Origin: Gouania willdenowi
Lineage: Eukaryota
Direction: 5' to 3'
Length of the DNA stretch: 64,000 nucleotides
Assembly (NCBI RefSeq): GCF_900634775.1
Contig: NC_041060.1
Span: 14,661,051-14,725,050 of the forward strand
Shown: one piece after another, positions 11,721 to 24,412 of the stretch
Numbering within the stretch: position 1 is the first letter of the stretch
How the letters are laid out: the number at the start of each line of letters is the position of its first letter
The notes under the pieces: model-generated
Database searches by the model: none
Seen by the model: the letters and a program-made list of their open reading frames with translations, nothing else
Told to the model about the DNA's origin: nothing
Program-made: the position numbers and the translations under genes

Positions 11721-13699
11721 AGGAGATCAAATTTCCTGCAAAAAAGTTGTCTAATTAAATTAACCGTTAACATATTGGGACTGTTTTATTTGACTGCATG
11801 CAGCACCAGATAAAACAATGACTCAGGGCTGCTGCAGGAGATCCACGGGAACAACATCAATGCATGGTTCAGACGGACGGACCAAAACTGACTTTCTGCC
11901 CTACGACCTGATGCTAGCGGTAAACAGACTTGTTGACTAGTGACCCATTTCTCCAACGCTGATGGTCCGATTATCCAGCACAGCTCAAGGGTCAAAATAC
12001 ACGACCACTTTTTTTTTTAACGCCACCCCTGATAACCTCTTAGAAAAGGCTTGTATATCACAGATTATAGTTTGTAAAAAAAATAATTTAAAAAATCCAA
12101 ACCACCCTCTAAGCATGGGAAAAGAGATTATCTGTTGAGGAATGTAAATTCCTCAAATAATCCATTTTACTTTCAGATTTAACAGGCTGATGACTGCATC
12201 ACTGTAGAACACAGTGATGCAATTACATCCTGAAAGAGGAGAGAGAAGATTGCTTTAGGGTAAAAGATTTTAATCTATATAGTAGAAGAGACAAACAGCC
12301 TGTATGAAGACCTAGAGGAGGATCCACTTCCATCAATGTTGTTACATTATAAATATCAGTACCTATTATATCATTAAGTGATTCCAGCAAGACTATTTTT
12401 GTCTTCTTTTTTGAATAATATATTAAAGTTTAATTTATTCAGACAACAGTTCCTTAGGAAATTCACTTTGATCTCCTGACAACTGCCAGTCTTCGTCAGA
12501 GGCGTCTGCTGATCGCTTCAGGAAAATCAGTAAAATATTCAACTAAATTTAACTAAAATTATATTTTTTCCATATTTGTATATGAAGCTCTAATATGCAT
12601 GTAACACTTATTCAAGCTGTCTGAATAAATGAAACCTTAACATAATATCGATAACTGTTACATGCATATTAGTGCTTCATATACAAAGATGGAAAATCTC
12701 ATTTTAGTTTGAAAAATTATCTAAATTTTAATGGCTTTTGGTCAAATATTTTACTGATTTTCTTTAGGGATTATTAATAGTATTAATAACAATCCTTTTT
12801 TTAGGGGCAAAACACTGTGCTACCTTGTAAATCTATTGGATCTTGAAAATTGAACATTACTTATTATAATACAGCGCTACATAAATGTCTATTTGCATTG
12901 AAGTAAAAACAAACATGTATTGGTGATTAATCAAGTAATGAGTTTGAGATCTGATCTTCAAATTTGACATTTATTTGTTTCCTTTTCCCTGTCATCTGCC
13001 AATAAAATTTCATAATTACTGCTTGACGGCCCTATGACCGGTTTAATAATCTAAAGCAGACAATGGCAACTGGCGGCCCGGGGGCCACATGCGGACCTAA
13101 GTCTAATTTGTGTGGCTCCCAAAAAGGAGATTGTCCACGAAAAAATAAACAAAGAAAATTAAAAAAAATATATAAATAAAATAAAATAAGATAGATCAGT
13201 CTAGGTTAAAGAGGTTATAAGGCAGTCAGAATTGTAATCGATAAGTAAATCATTTATCAAATTGAATGTGTGAATAGACATTGATTATCGATTAATTTGA
13301 TGGATTCTATGTAATATTTTTATTCAATGCTGAATACTGTAAAGTGTGGGTTCTTTTTTTGGAATTTCAATTGATAGATGTGGAACTTACCAAGCAGTGT
13401 TGTAGTTTCAATATAACAAAATTACATCTTTTGCTGTCAGACTAATGCTAACTTTTAAAAGTATTCATCAAAAAGTGTTCCATATCCTTCAAGAACAGGT
13501 AAATTACTGGACATTTGTAAAATAAGTGTTCAGTTGTTTTGCAAAAATCACAAATGTTACTTATCTCAGCAAACTTTGAAATATAAGAATTAGTGGGCTA
13601 TATATTATGTATTAGTTTATATTGCATTGATTCTTTATCTCATTTGTCATATAAAATGTGTAGGCTAAAAGCCATATATTTTTCCTCTTGGACTTATCA

Positions 13700-14650
13700 T
13701 ACGTTGACTGTACTGTATAAGTAGCTTTTAGACCATCTCTGATCTAAAGTGTGTAATCTTACTGCCGTGGCGGTTGTTAACACGATAGAGGCCGATCCAA
13801 GCCTCTGACATCGGCCGTTGGTGTGTGCCTCGGACTCGGGCGGATCTCGCTCCAACGCTGTGGGAGGACGAGTGTCGGTTCCCGGGCAGCCGCTCGGAAA
13901 AGGTGCGGTGCGGTGTGCGGCCTGTCTCCTCCCCGGGCTGGTGTTCCGATTCAACGGGAGCCTCTGGGCTTGTGTTGCCGTCCTCGTCGGGCTTCCCCTC
14001 GCTGTTGTTGTCGTCCACGGGTGACGCTCGGTGAATGCTGTGGTGGTCAGCGGGGCTTCCGTCAGCACTAGCCCCATGCTGTCCTAGGTCAGAGTCGCTG
14101 CCCTCCTCTGATCGGCTCCGGTTAGCCTCAGTGTCCTCGAAGCTTCCCGAGAAGTCAACGACGAAGCTGGTAGGCCTGGTACACCGGGGCCGCCGGTATG
14201 AGTCTCTTTTTGTGCCGTCTTTTCCAAACGCTGGGGCCACTACTGGGTCTTCTTGGAGACGGCTGGCTCTGGTCCCCATCCTGGACTGGCTCCTGGGTTG
14301 AACAGGCTAGCCGCGTAGCGTCCTCAAAGCGAACCTCCACGGAACAAGAGGACAGTGTTTCCTCAAAGCGACGAAAGATCGCTTTGGTCACAAGACAAGG
14401 CTCAAAGCAACCGAAGATCACCTGAGTTTGATCACAAAACAATGCTCGGTCTTGTACTTTCAAACATCACCCGGTACCGGGACTCTGGCAGTGCTTCGTC
14501 CTAACCGTCCACATTTCCCTTTCTTTTTCGCCCTGAACCTCTCGCTGCTGCAGCGGAAATACCGCATTTCGCTTCCTCTTTGCGGCGCATTCAAACCTTT
14601 ACGGTAATCTCACTTTGTTAACCAACTAATCCACTCAACGATTACATTAA
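13700..14650. promoter_or_regulatory. CpG island with divergent promoter region, lying between the znrf-like first exon and the tep1 upstream region
   Basis: CG dinucleotide density is much higher than in the rest of the window. It contains the 5'UTR and ATG of the - strand gene. The tep1 ATG lies 2.2 kb away on the opposite strand. Confidence 0.5.
13763..14279 (-). CDS. First coding exon of a ZNRF1/2-like RING E3 ligase, with an N-myristoylation-type start MGTRAS
   Basis: 172-codon ORF on the - strand starting at ATG 14279 (MGTRASRLQEDP...), inside a CpG-rich block at 13700-14600. It is S/D/E-rich and disordered, like the ZNRF1/2 N-termini. The donor CA|gtaaga is at 13762, phase 1. The MG-x3-S motif matches myristoylated ZNRF proteins. 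Confidence 0.6.
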
Positions 14651-16534
14651 TCAACTTCAACAAAAACGTGATTTGTTTGTATACATGCAAATAGCCTTTT
14701 ATAAACACGAATCGTTATTACTCAAGCTTAATCGGTTGATTTGTGAATGCGCTCCTATTAGTAATATTATGGTAAAAAAGTACACAATAATACTAACCAA
14801 TCAGCGGCGTCTGACGCCATCGCTTATGTTGGGTGGTTTACCGAAAGTGAGCAGGCACAGACCTCCTCTTTACCTGGATTCAGTTGCGTAAACTACCAAC
14901 AATGTGCAACACTGCACACCGGTAGATTAATTATTATACGGTAATAGTGTATTAGGTGATGCTAAACTGCAAAGTCAACATTTCGGTGAGTTAAAATGAT
15001 CTAACCTTGGTGTTCAATTTCAACCGGTGATTGTTCCAAATGGTGATCAACTTCCTGTTGGATTTTTGCTTGGAATGAGACTTACATTTCCAAATTCATT
15101 GTTTACTGATATCTTACTAACAGCCCAGACCAGTATGAGTATTGACATTAAAGCCTCGCCCCTGCGTTTGTTAAACATTTGGAAGACGGTGGTGATAAAT
15201 GCAGTTGTGTGTCGAAAAGCCGTCACCAATTAAAAGGGTTCCCATTTCATCCATGACAGTAACCCGAGCTCCTCCACGCCTATGTAAAAACTCAGGAGTC
15301 ACCCAAAGCAAGGAAGCGTTGACGCAGCTGAAATACTAGCTACCTAATTAAGTAATCAAGATTTAAAAACATGTCTATTTTGAAACAATTGGGAAGGAAA
15401 TTTGATTTCCTATCCCAGATTTTTTTTTTTTTTTTTTAACTCTAATCGGGGTTTACGTATCGTATGTACACCTCTAGATAACCTCCTTACGAACATATAT
15501 GCTTCACAAAAAAATATTTTACTGAAGCCACTGAAATATAAGGAATGTAAGAATGCAAAAAAAAAACGTATGGAAAAAGTACTGTTCATAACGTTGGACA
15601 TTTTTTTTTTTTTTTTTTTTAGTGTACTGCATTATGTTTATTATAAGAAGGAAAAGACATAATTGTTGTCAGTGTATGTCTCTTATTTATGTAGTTTATA
15701 CAACCAGATATCTGTTCTCACCATATCGAGTAACTGTCTATAGTCTACATTCATACAAAATACAATGTTCATATTTGTTTAAACTTGACATTATGAGCTG
15801 ACCTGTATATGTAGTATTTATTTATTCAAAGACACTGAACTCTCTCTGATATGCCTTAAAACATTTAAAAAGTACAATTCTAAGTTACCAAGTTTGATGT
15901 GGAGGAGCAACAACTCTACTTTGAGCTCCTGATCCCATCATTTAGGGTCAGACCCATATATGCTAATGGAAACTCATTTTCACTGCTTTGTACTGGGATG
16001 TTATTTTGTATTTTCCCTCAAAGAAGATTAATCTTTCTTTTATTTTATTTTCAAATGAAAGAAAATGTAACCCAAGCAAAACTTTGTTTATTATGGACCT
16101 CGTTTCTCGATTCTGTGTTGATTTATATTCATTTTATACCTGTTTTAGGGAAATTACTTTTTCAAAAATGTAAGGTTTTTAAGTGACAATAACTTTAGGT
16201 CCCAGCGATGAAATTATATTGGCTCATGAACTTTTTCTGTTGAGCTTGTTGTGCAATAAATAAATGATGAATGCCTCTATTTTAGCATTTTATTTGAAGG
16301 GTTTTTTTGTGAAACTCCTTTTTGCTCCTTTCTTGAGGTGCTGACTGTTTGCAAACTTTGTCCCCGTGTCATGTATGCCTTTATCAGGCAACACACCTTT
16401 GAGTACAATAGTGCAAAGCTTCTTTTAAACCGGAGCCCTGCTGAGCTGCAAATCACAGTGCTTAGTCACGCCTTAACTTGTGTGCTTTTAAACTGGCTTG
16501 TAATCATACATGACATTCCGGTCATTGTATTTTA

Positions 16535-17042
16535 TTTCACAGAAATGAAGGCTTTGACTTTACAACTGACAAACGTGGCTTCTGGAGCGCAGCAGCAGCA
16601 GCAGCAGCAGCAGCAGGCTTCATGTGGGAGAAGTCTGACCTCCAACTATGCTCCTCTGAATCTGGAGAATAAGATTTTAACCCAGTCGTCCACGATGAAA
16701 CCTCTGACTCGCTCTCCGATGATGAACTTAGCGGCTTCCCCTTCTGCTTGCTCCGCTCTCCAACCTTCCAGACTATCTTCAACCAAATCCTCCCTTTTTC
16801 TCTCCCCCGCTTCCTTCGCCTGCACCTCCAGCTCCCACCTTCTCAGCACAGAGAACAAGCTCCTAACTTCCGACTCGTCTTTTCTCAAAAGCTCGTTGAC
16901 CTCCACTTCCTTTTCCAGTCATGCCCTGTTTAGTCACCTGACTCCACCTTCTTCATCCCTAAAGCCTAGTACGGAGCTGAAAAAGGCTGAGGAAGAGGGA
17001 GAGGAGATATTGATGAAGTCCTTCTCTGACGAAACATGTACG
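16535..17042 (+). CDS. tep1: TEP1 exon 1 (first coding exon). It is low complexity with a polyQ tract and is S/T-rich.
   Basis: ATG at 16535 sits just after the acceptor-like sequence tttatttcacag. The donor is ACG|gtaagt at 17043. The ORF extends upstream but the in-frame M at 16535 is preferred. Confidence 0.6.
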
Positions 17043-18257
17043 GTAAGTTAGAACACAGGTTCTCAAACTATTTTGGCTCAAGTACCCCCTTTCTTTTATT
17101 TTTGAATCCAAGTACCCCCTTTGTCTGACTACAACATTTTGCTAAGAAAACTATTTAAAGGTCTCATCTTCTAAGAACCCCAAAACATAGTATTTGAGGT
17201 TTATTTTCCCAAACTCGCCTGTTTTCCAGAGTTTTTGCCTCTGACTAGTCACTTTCTGAGCAGCTCTACACAAACAGGCTGATTTGCGTCCTACTTATGC
17301 ATATTCATGGTGGGACGTGTCTATAGACGGACACTGAATTCCTCCTCCCCACACGGTGATGTAGGGCCAGAGGACGGCCCCGCCCTCCTCCCACCCACTC
17401 CTTAGCCGAGCTCATGCTGCTTTATAAACACGAGACAGAGCGTGGGGGGGGGGGGCGTTCACCAGTACATACATAGACTGTAGAAAATACATACATAGCA
17501 CTTCTCACCTTCGTGGGCGTGTCTGTTTACTTCCTGGAGGCACGGCTTCTCCAGCTCAAGTAACGATTGAGGGAGTCAATGAAAAAAACACTTTGGGTAT
17601 GTGTATGAAGCCCCATTAGCATTTTTATGATGTTAAAAGCACAGAAAAGTTGATTTAGCGTAACCTGGGCCTTTTAAAAACCACTGTCGATCATAATGAT
17701 GGAATGAATGAGTAATGACACACATTTTAAATAATCTAATTTATTAAATAAGTGGAAAAAAAACGGTTTTTAGTGCAGTGCTTCACAACCTTTTTTGGAT
17801 CGTGACCCCATTTTGATATCAAGAATTTCTGGTGACCCTAGAATTAGTTTTTGATCATGTTTGAGCTCAGATATTTATTTGTCTTTACTGCATTTTAGTT
17901 GAACTAGATTTACGTTTCACAAAGTGAAAGTATAGAATTGTTTACAATTAATTTAAAAAAAAGAACAATGACTAAAAAATGTCAAATCTATTTTAATTTT
18001 TTAGAAATCTCAGGCGACCCTATTTAAACGACTTAACAGACTCCACATGGGGTCCCGACCCCAAGGTTGAAAAACACTAATTTATTAGCTCCTGAATAGA
18101 TTTATTTCTTTAGTTTTTATCATTTCCACTCATCTCGCGCCTGGGTTTGGACCAAGACTAACACTTTATTTGTTAATTTTCCATTCTCTTTCTCTCTCTT
18201 TCTGTCTGTCTCTCTCTCAAGTACCCCCTGTAGTGCCCTCGTGTACCCCTAAGGGTA

Positions 18258-18950
18258 CATATTAGAGGTCGACCGATATGGGATTTTCAAAGGCTGAAGC
18301 GATACAGATTAAAAAAAAAAAAATTCAGCCGATGGTCGATATCTGAAGTCGATATTTGAGGCCGATATATATATTTTTTAAAGCACATTGATTATGAAAG
18401 ACAATTGAAACACTTATATGACATAAATGTATATACTAGAAATTAAATTAAATACACCAATAGAACTCTTAACATTTATTGAACTTTAAATATACCTGTA
18501 CACAACCAAGTAAAACGAAAAGTACAGGACTGGTAAGTAGCAGTAACAATATGCAATATACAATGTGCAAGTAGTCGGTTTAAACTAAATACCTGTTTTT
18601 GGTATTACCACTCACTCCTTCCCTCTGTTCACAGACACCACCATACCTAAGCTTCACACTTGTCACCATATTCACAACTTCACTTCACTCTCGCTTTAAA
18701 ATGATCAATCCTTCCCCACCCATTCCATTTCCTCCCTTGCATCTCTCCTCCCTGTTCCCTTCCCCCCATTTAGGTGTAAAACTGCCCTCTCTCTTTATAT
18801 GCTCCCTTTAATAAAGTGTTTTTTACCCTTCCTTCTTTAAGGAGGGGCTGGGGATGGTAAAAAAAAATTAAATAAATACATTTATTTTTAATTTTTTGGC
18901 TGATGGCCAAAAAAAGTCCATATCGGCCCGATATATCGGTCGACCACTAG
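18258..18950. mobile_element. TIR-bounded element in tep1 intron 1 (GAGGTCGACCGATATGGG ... CCGATATATCGGTCGACCAC)
   Basis: Terminal 16-20 bp inverted repeats; the interior is AT-rich. Confidence 0.55.
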
Positions 18951-19109
18951 TACACATACCCCCATTTGAGAAGCACTGCATTAGAAAACACTTAAAAAAT
19001 GGAGTCAAATAGAACTGGCAGCAAATCTTAGTTCAACAGTTTGACTAAAACAATATTTAAGCGTTTAATGTGTGTTGTTATCTTGTTTGGATTTCTTTGG
19101 GTTAAACAG

Positions 19110-19301
19110 CGTTGTTCAGAAAGTGACGAGTACTCCAACGAGGAAACTTCAGTGGAGGAGACGGATTCCGTGGAGTCATCAGTCACACAAACGGATGATG
19201 GAATTCAGGATGTGGATGAAACTATGGTGGTCACCGAGGAGGAATTTCCAGAGCTTGACAGAGAAAACAACAAGACTGAGGAAGAACTGAAAGAAAAAAA
19301 A
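19110..19301 (+). CDS. tep1: TEP1 exon 2, acidic region
   Basis: Acceptor aaacag, donor gtaaga, phase 0-0. The SESDEYSNEE..EELKEKK sequence resembles the human acidic pre-TROVE segment. Confidence 0.75.
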
Positions 19302-19400
19302 GTAAGAAATGAAATAAATCCAAATTAAATTGTCATCATTTTAGTTATTGCATCTGTGTAAAGGTTAATCTAACTTATCCTTTCTCTAATATTTCTTCAG

Positions 19401-19550
19401 TACCTCCTGCTGAATGCTGTTTGCTGCTCTTTGGTTATGAAAAGCAAAACTCCAGGCCAGAAAGGCTGGAAGTCAAAGGACAGCATTTGGCTCAGGATTA
19501 AAAAGTTTGCAAATGAAATCTCTGAAAGTGACCCGGAATTTATTTTGAAG
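19401..19550 (+). CDS. tep1: TEP1 exon 3, start of TROVE domain
   Basis: ..ISESDPEFILK compared with human LALLEPEFILK. Acceptor cttcag, donor gtttgt. Confidence 0.85.
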
Positions 19551-20451
19551 GTTTGTGTGGTTCACTCTCTTAAGTCTAAGTTAGGTAAAAGTTTATCAAA
19601 ATTAGTTAAAGTGTGGGTTTAAAAAGAATAATACAGTAAATACATTCCAAAATGTATTTAAAAACAAATATGTATGTGCTACACTGAAAACATTCACTGT
19701 ACATTTTTTTTTTTAATCACACTGTTGTTAAATCTAAATTTTATTTATATATTTACCTTTATTTTACCAGATAAGGTCAGGTACCAACCAGTTCTCAATT
19801 ACAATGACGACCTGGGCCGGAGGCAGTGGGGTTACACACGAAACATACAAACAAGTTAAAATACACTTTTAAAACATTGAGACGGATAAAAGACAGTGTA
19901 GAAATACATCAACATGCCCATCCATAATAAATATCTATCAATATAAATATATTTCATGCAATAAACCTTGTGTGTAAAGACTTGTTATCAATATAAGCAA
20001 AATGCTTACATTTACTACATGCTTTTTATTCTTTTGTTTTATTTATGTTATACTGTATTTTAATGTTTAGGGATTAATGATTGTAAATACCAAAAACTAA
20101 CAACATATTCTACAGAAAATGTTTAATAATATTGGAAAGCTGTTTTCAAATAAATCTTCAATGTTTTTTGGGGTTTTTTTGTACATTAATCAAAGCGATT
20201 TGTATTGCCAAGCAAGCCAAATCTCTAAAGATGGACTTTGTGTAGCTGGCTAATGGTTTTCATACAAAATAATGTGATAGTACAGGCCTTTATTTTCACA
20301 TTGGACATTTTTAATAATACTAACATTTGCTAAGGAGGCATACATTTCTGAACAGAGCTGCACTGAAACAAGACATCACCGTTCTCATGGTTTCTGATCA
20401 TGTGTATTTACTATTTTGACATGTTATTGTGTACATTTGTGTCCAATTCAG

Positions 20452-20616
20452 GTTGCAGTCTACACTCGACAGAAGCTCAACATCCGGATCACTGCAAACT
20501 TTCTATTGGCCCTCGCTGCCAATATACACACCACGAAGCCACATCTCCGCAGATACTTCTGTGCAGCCGTGCAGTTGCCCTCTGATTGGCTGGAAGTGAT
20601 CCGAATTTACACCGCT
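20452..20616 (+). CDS. tep1: TEP1 exon 4, TROVE
   Basis: VAVYTRQKLNIRITANFLLALAA..HLRRYFCAAVQLPSDWLEV matches the human sequence closely. Confidence 0.9.
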
Positions 20617-20694
20617 GTGAGTTTAATGGAGTGTTTGCAGAAGAGGGCGGTCATTTCTGTTTTGGTTCTGTCTCACTGATTCTTTTCTTTAAAG

Positions 20695-20832
20695 TGCTTC
20701 AAGCGCTCCCTGCCCATGTGCCTGAAGAAAGCCATGGCCGACAAGTTCAAGGACTTCAATGAGTATCAGCTGGCCAAATACAACACGCGCAAACAGCGCT
20801 GTAAGCATAACAGCAAGAAGCCAGAAAAAAAG
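20695..20832 (+). CDS. tep1: TEP1 exon 5, TROVE
   Basis: AMADKFKDFNEYQLAKYNTRKQR compared with human TAMTDKFAQFDEYQLAKYNPRKHR. Confidence 0.9.
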
Positions 20833-20899
20833 GTACAGTTGCAGGTGATAGGTTGGTTTTTAGTTCTTCTATAGGCAAACTATCATCACAGTCTGATCA

Positions 20900-21238
20900 C
20901 TGGGCTTACTAGGTCTGGGCCTGGTTTGTAGTTGGATGGAAAACCACTGAGAATTCCAGGTGCCACAGTGGGGGACAGTCACTGGAGTGATATCTGTCAT
21001 TGTGTCCTTGGGCAAGACACTTCACCCACATTGCCTAGTATGAATGTAGTGCGTGAGTGAGTGTTGGTGGTGGTAGGAGGGGCTGATGGTGCACTATGGC
21101 AGCCTCACTTCTGTCAGTCTGCCCCAGGGCAGCTGTGGCTGCAATAGTAGCTTACCACCACTAAGTGTGGAGTGAAAGAATATTGCTTTAATTCTGTAAA
21201 GTGCTTTGAGTGTCAAATAAAGTGCTATGTAAAATTTA

Positions 21239-21278
<40 letters not shown>

Positions 21279-21280
21279 AA
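20900..21280 (+). mobile_element. Teleost SINE (tail ..GTAAAGTGCTTTGAGTG..AAAGTGCTATGTAAA) followed by an (ATT)n microsatellite, in a tep1 intron
   Basis: Characteristic fish SINE core GTCCTTGGGCAAGACACTTCACCC..CAGTCTGCCCCAGGGCAGCTGTGGCTGCAAT. The same family occurs in the opposite orientation at 63790-64000 and in part at 32460-32540. Confidence 0.75.
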
Positions 21281-21499
21281 AACAAAAAAAATCTGGAAAT
21301 TTGAATTTGATATTCGTTTTCAGGCTAATATCAAACAGATATCAATATCCGATTGGAACACCCCTACCGTCAATAGGTGCTTTTATTTATTTCTTTGTTA
21401 CAGCTTCAGTTTCGTGTGATTTTTGTTTAATTTCCTTCTACAAAACACATTCTGCATCAATCCCTATGTGAATTTTCTTCAATGTTTTTATCTTATTAG

Positions 21500-21571
21500 A
21501 AACCAAGTCCCAAACAACTGAAAGATTGGGCATCAAAGGTCAGATCAGATGCATCTACGCTGAGGAAGTTT
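21500..21571 (+). CDS. tep1: TEP1 exon 6
   Basis: 24 aa in phase 0, KPSPKQLKDWASKVRSDASTLRKF. Acceptor ttattag, donor gtaagt. Confidence 0.7.
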
Positions 21572-21749
21572 GTAAGTCAACGCCACTTTCCTTCTTCTGG
21601 GGCTAACTGAACAAAATGTTTGTTACTAAATTATTTAATAATTGAGTTTTCTGTTGGTTGCTGCATATGAAGGAGTAAAATACTTCATGCTAAATGCTTG
21701 CAAACTCATGCAGTGCAGTTGTCTAACTCTAGTGTGTGTCTGTGTGCAG

Positions 21750-21883
21750 TTGGAGTCCGCTGGCAAAAAGTCATCGGTTTCAGTGGTGGATAAAAAGCAG
21801 AGTGAGTTTAGCATTAAGAAGATGATCAAGAGGTTTCACATTAAAGAACCGGCTGAAAACATCATGGCTCTCCTGGGGAAAAA
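21750..21883 (+). CDS. tep1: TEP1 exon 7
   Basis: KKMIKRFHIKEPAENIMALLGK compared with human KKLVQRLHIHKPAQHVQALLG. Confidence 0.85.
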
Positions 21884-23011
21884 GTAAGAAGAGAGAAAAC
21901 CAACAGATGAACGAGCCATTCCTCAACACAGTCCTGACGTTACACTAACATGATATGCGAATGCTGATTGCCTAAAATCTCCAAAATGGCGATGCCAACA
22001 TATAAAGAGATATTACTTGTATTTAAAGGCTTAAAGCTGTTATAAATGACTCAAAAGATATTTCTTACACAAATAAGTAACAACGTTTCATTCAGCTTTA
22101 AACAAACATCTAAAGTGCATTCATGTGATGGGTGGTGTTATACTTTCATGATATGTTTGTTTGTTTTTTTTTTACTTTTAGTTAGATAATTTAAATTTGT
22201 GCCTGGTAATTACAAGACATTATAAATAGATGTTTTTGAAATGTGCCTGTAGGTACATGACTATGAGAGAGTTTAGAAATGCAAAATGTAGATTTTATGC
22301 TTGTTTGTTTTTTTGCAAGCGAACATACTATATTTATTTTTTTACTTTGTTTATGTATTTTACAAAAGTACAGTGGTCGTCATTTGGGGGGGTGGGGACT
22401 TGCATTCAGTGCAAAGAAGATAGAGGGAGGGACAGAACACTTATTCACTCAATCTTTTCCTATAAGTAGAAAAAGATATACTATTTTTTATATACTGTAT
22501 ATGCATCACAAGGATGTAATCACAGCATTTGATTTATTTTATCACCATGTTGAGATATAATTTGGTATTTTTTCACTTGTTCACCCTTATTCAGTCGTGT
22601 GTCTTAAAGAAAATTGAGGACATATTTATTACAAATATTTCCTGCTTTATAAGTTTATACGTTTCCAACATATTTAGCATTAAAGTTAAAATCCAGTGTT
22701 ATACTGACAATTTTTTTTTTTTCTTAATTTTGTTTAAGCTAAAACATAGATTATGTGGCGATCATGACTAAACCACTACTGTCTTTTGATCTGTATTAAA
22801 AGGGCTTATGGGGCGGTGTGTAGCTCAGTGGGTAGAGCCAAAAAAATCTTTAAAAAAAAAAAAAAAAAAAAAGGGCTTATTGCATATAATATTTTTACTA
22901 AGGGTTCATTTCATAATTTTATTCTTTTTAACTGTAAAAGCAAATGAGATTGATATGTACGACAGTCCCCACTTGCCCACAACTTGAAACTCAAGTGTTT
23001 GATGTTGACAG

Positions 23012-23169
23012 GTATCCTGCAAACCAGAAATCCTTCACCTACAGTGGATTAAAGGGCGAGTGGGACAGGGAAAGAGCCGGGCAACGGATGAAACTCAAAG
23101 AGCCACAAACATGGGAACGGCTGCTCAGTCAGGAGGGCAACAAGGCGGCCACCTGGGAGAAGCTCATAG
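23012..23169 (+). CDS. tep1: TEP1 exon 8
   Basis: YPANQKS..RAGQRMKLKEPQTWERLLSQEGNKAATWEKLI compared with human YPSNLQL..RAGKRMKLSRPETWERELSLRGNKASVWEELI. Confidence 0.9.
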
Positions 23170-23299
23170 GTCTGAGATCCAGCTTTTTATCAAGCAAGAA
23201 AGATATATTGTGTACATTGAATATGCAGAAAATAAGAATTATTGTTGCGTGAAATAAGGTTAAATGTAACATCAAAGATATTATTTTTCCAATATTTAG

Positions 23300-23409
23300 A
23301 TGAGAAGTCCCTTCCATTCATGGCCATGCTAAGGAATCTGAGGAACATGATCATTAAAGGGATCAGTGAGAAACATCACAACAAGATCCTCAAGAGACTG
23401 ACAGATAAG
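23300..23409 (+). CDS. tep1: TEP1 exon 9, TROVE
   Basis: DEKSLPFMAMLRNLRNMIIKGISEKHHNKILKRL compared with human NGKLPFMAMLRNLCNLLRVGISSRHHELILQRL. Confidence 0.92.
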
Positions 23410-23490
23410 GTGAATTACACTAAAACTCAGGATTACACCCTCGCATCGTGCAAATGTTTCCTTTCCAAACTTGGATTTGTTGTTTTACAG

Positions 23491-23569
23491 AAAGCAGTCA
23501 TCGAAAGCCGACAGTTTCCATTCAGATTTCTTGCGGCCTATAAAGTCATAATGGAGATCCGCAAATTGG
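23491..23569 (+). CDS. tep1: TEP1 exon 10
   Basis: KAVIESRQFPFRFLAAYKVIMEIRKL compared with human KSVIHSRQFPFRFLNAHDAIDALEAQL. Confidence 0.9.
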
Positions 23570-24219
23570 GTGAGAAACAGGAAGTGGCTCTTTAAAAAAA
23601 AAAAAGAAAAGGTCAATAAAATCCAAGTATTTGCTTTGGTAACGGTACTTTTTTCGCAACAAGACTTGGCGCAAAAATGATGAATGTAAATGTGAAAATT
23701 TTTAAGCTGATTTTTATAAATGTTTATTTCATTTACTCGCTGCAGTTCAGCAGTTTATGTTTCGACTGAGCCATCCACCTATTACATATTTAATTCTGTC
23801 CGTCAGCTCATCCATTTATGACATTGTCACTCAACATGTTTTTAGTGATTCCTAAACTTCCTATAATATAGATGTGCTGTTAGTGATATGTAATCATCTG
23901 TCAAAGCTGCTGTAATGTGTGCTAAATGATTTGAATTGGCTGTTTTGGGAGATATTCAGTATTTGGTTGTCTGGTTTAACTGGTCTTTGGAGGAAAGCTG
24001 TCCTAGTCATTGAGAAACAAGATTATATGGATAACTTCAGGCCTTCAGTGCTGTCAGATTCAAATGATCAGCCTGTGACTAGTGTCAATATGTCCTTTAA
24101 GCATCTTCAAACACACGTTAAATACTAAGAAAAACTCAAAAATAATTCGTTTATTTATTGTTATATTAATCCACATTTTGTTCCTTTGCTTTTTTCCCTT
24201 TTTATTTATTGTCTTTTAG

Positions 24220-24412
24220 CTTCCGCAGCTCAGGTTGCGCTGCCCACTACGCAGGAGACCCTGAAGGAGATTCTGTCAAAGATTCCTCAGAGCAAGCGCT
24301 TCAGCAGTCAGGAGTGGGCGACGACGAAGAAGAGCAGGATAAAGGTGGCACTTGGCGTGCCGTATGTCTACCGAATGTATAAAATGAAAAGAGCCCAGCT
24401 CCAAAAAGCAAA
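24220..24412 (+). CDS. tep1: TEP1 exon 11
   Basis: Phase 1 to 2. The basic stretch KRFSSQEW..VPYVYRMYKMKRAQLQKAK parallels human RRRFLCHL..IPVLYEQLKREKLRVHKAR. Confidence 0.8.

Noticed and set aside
13818-14301. Several + strand ORFs (68-88 aa, Arg/Cys/Pro-rich) inside the CpG island
   Set aside because: These are GC-rich antisense frames of the znrf-like first exon with no splice or homology support.
16338-16534. Upstream extension of the tep1 exon-1 ORF (MLTVCKLCPRV...)
   Set aside because: The region looks like an intron or promoter (T-rich, ends in the tttatttcacag acceptor). The in-frame ATG at 16535 with downstream low-complexity coding is preferred, though the true start is uncertain.
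22806-22872. GGGGCGGTGTGTAGCTCAGTGGGTAGAGCC, considered as a tRNA gene
   Set aside because: It has only the 5' half (A-box) and runs straight into poly(A), with no B-box, acceptor stem or terminator. It is a truncated tRNA-derived SINE head, not a functional tRNA.
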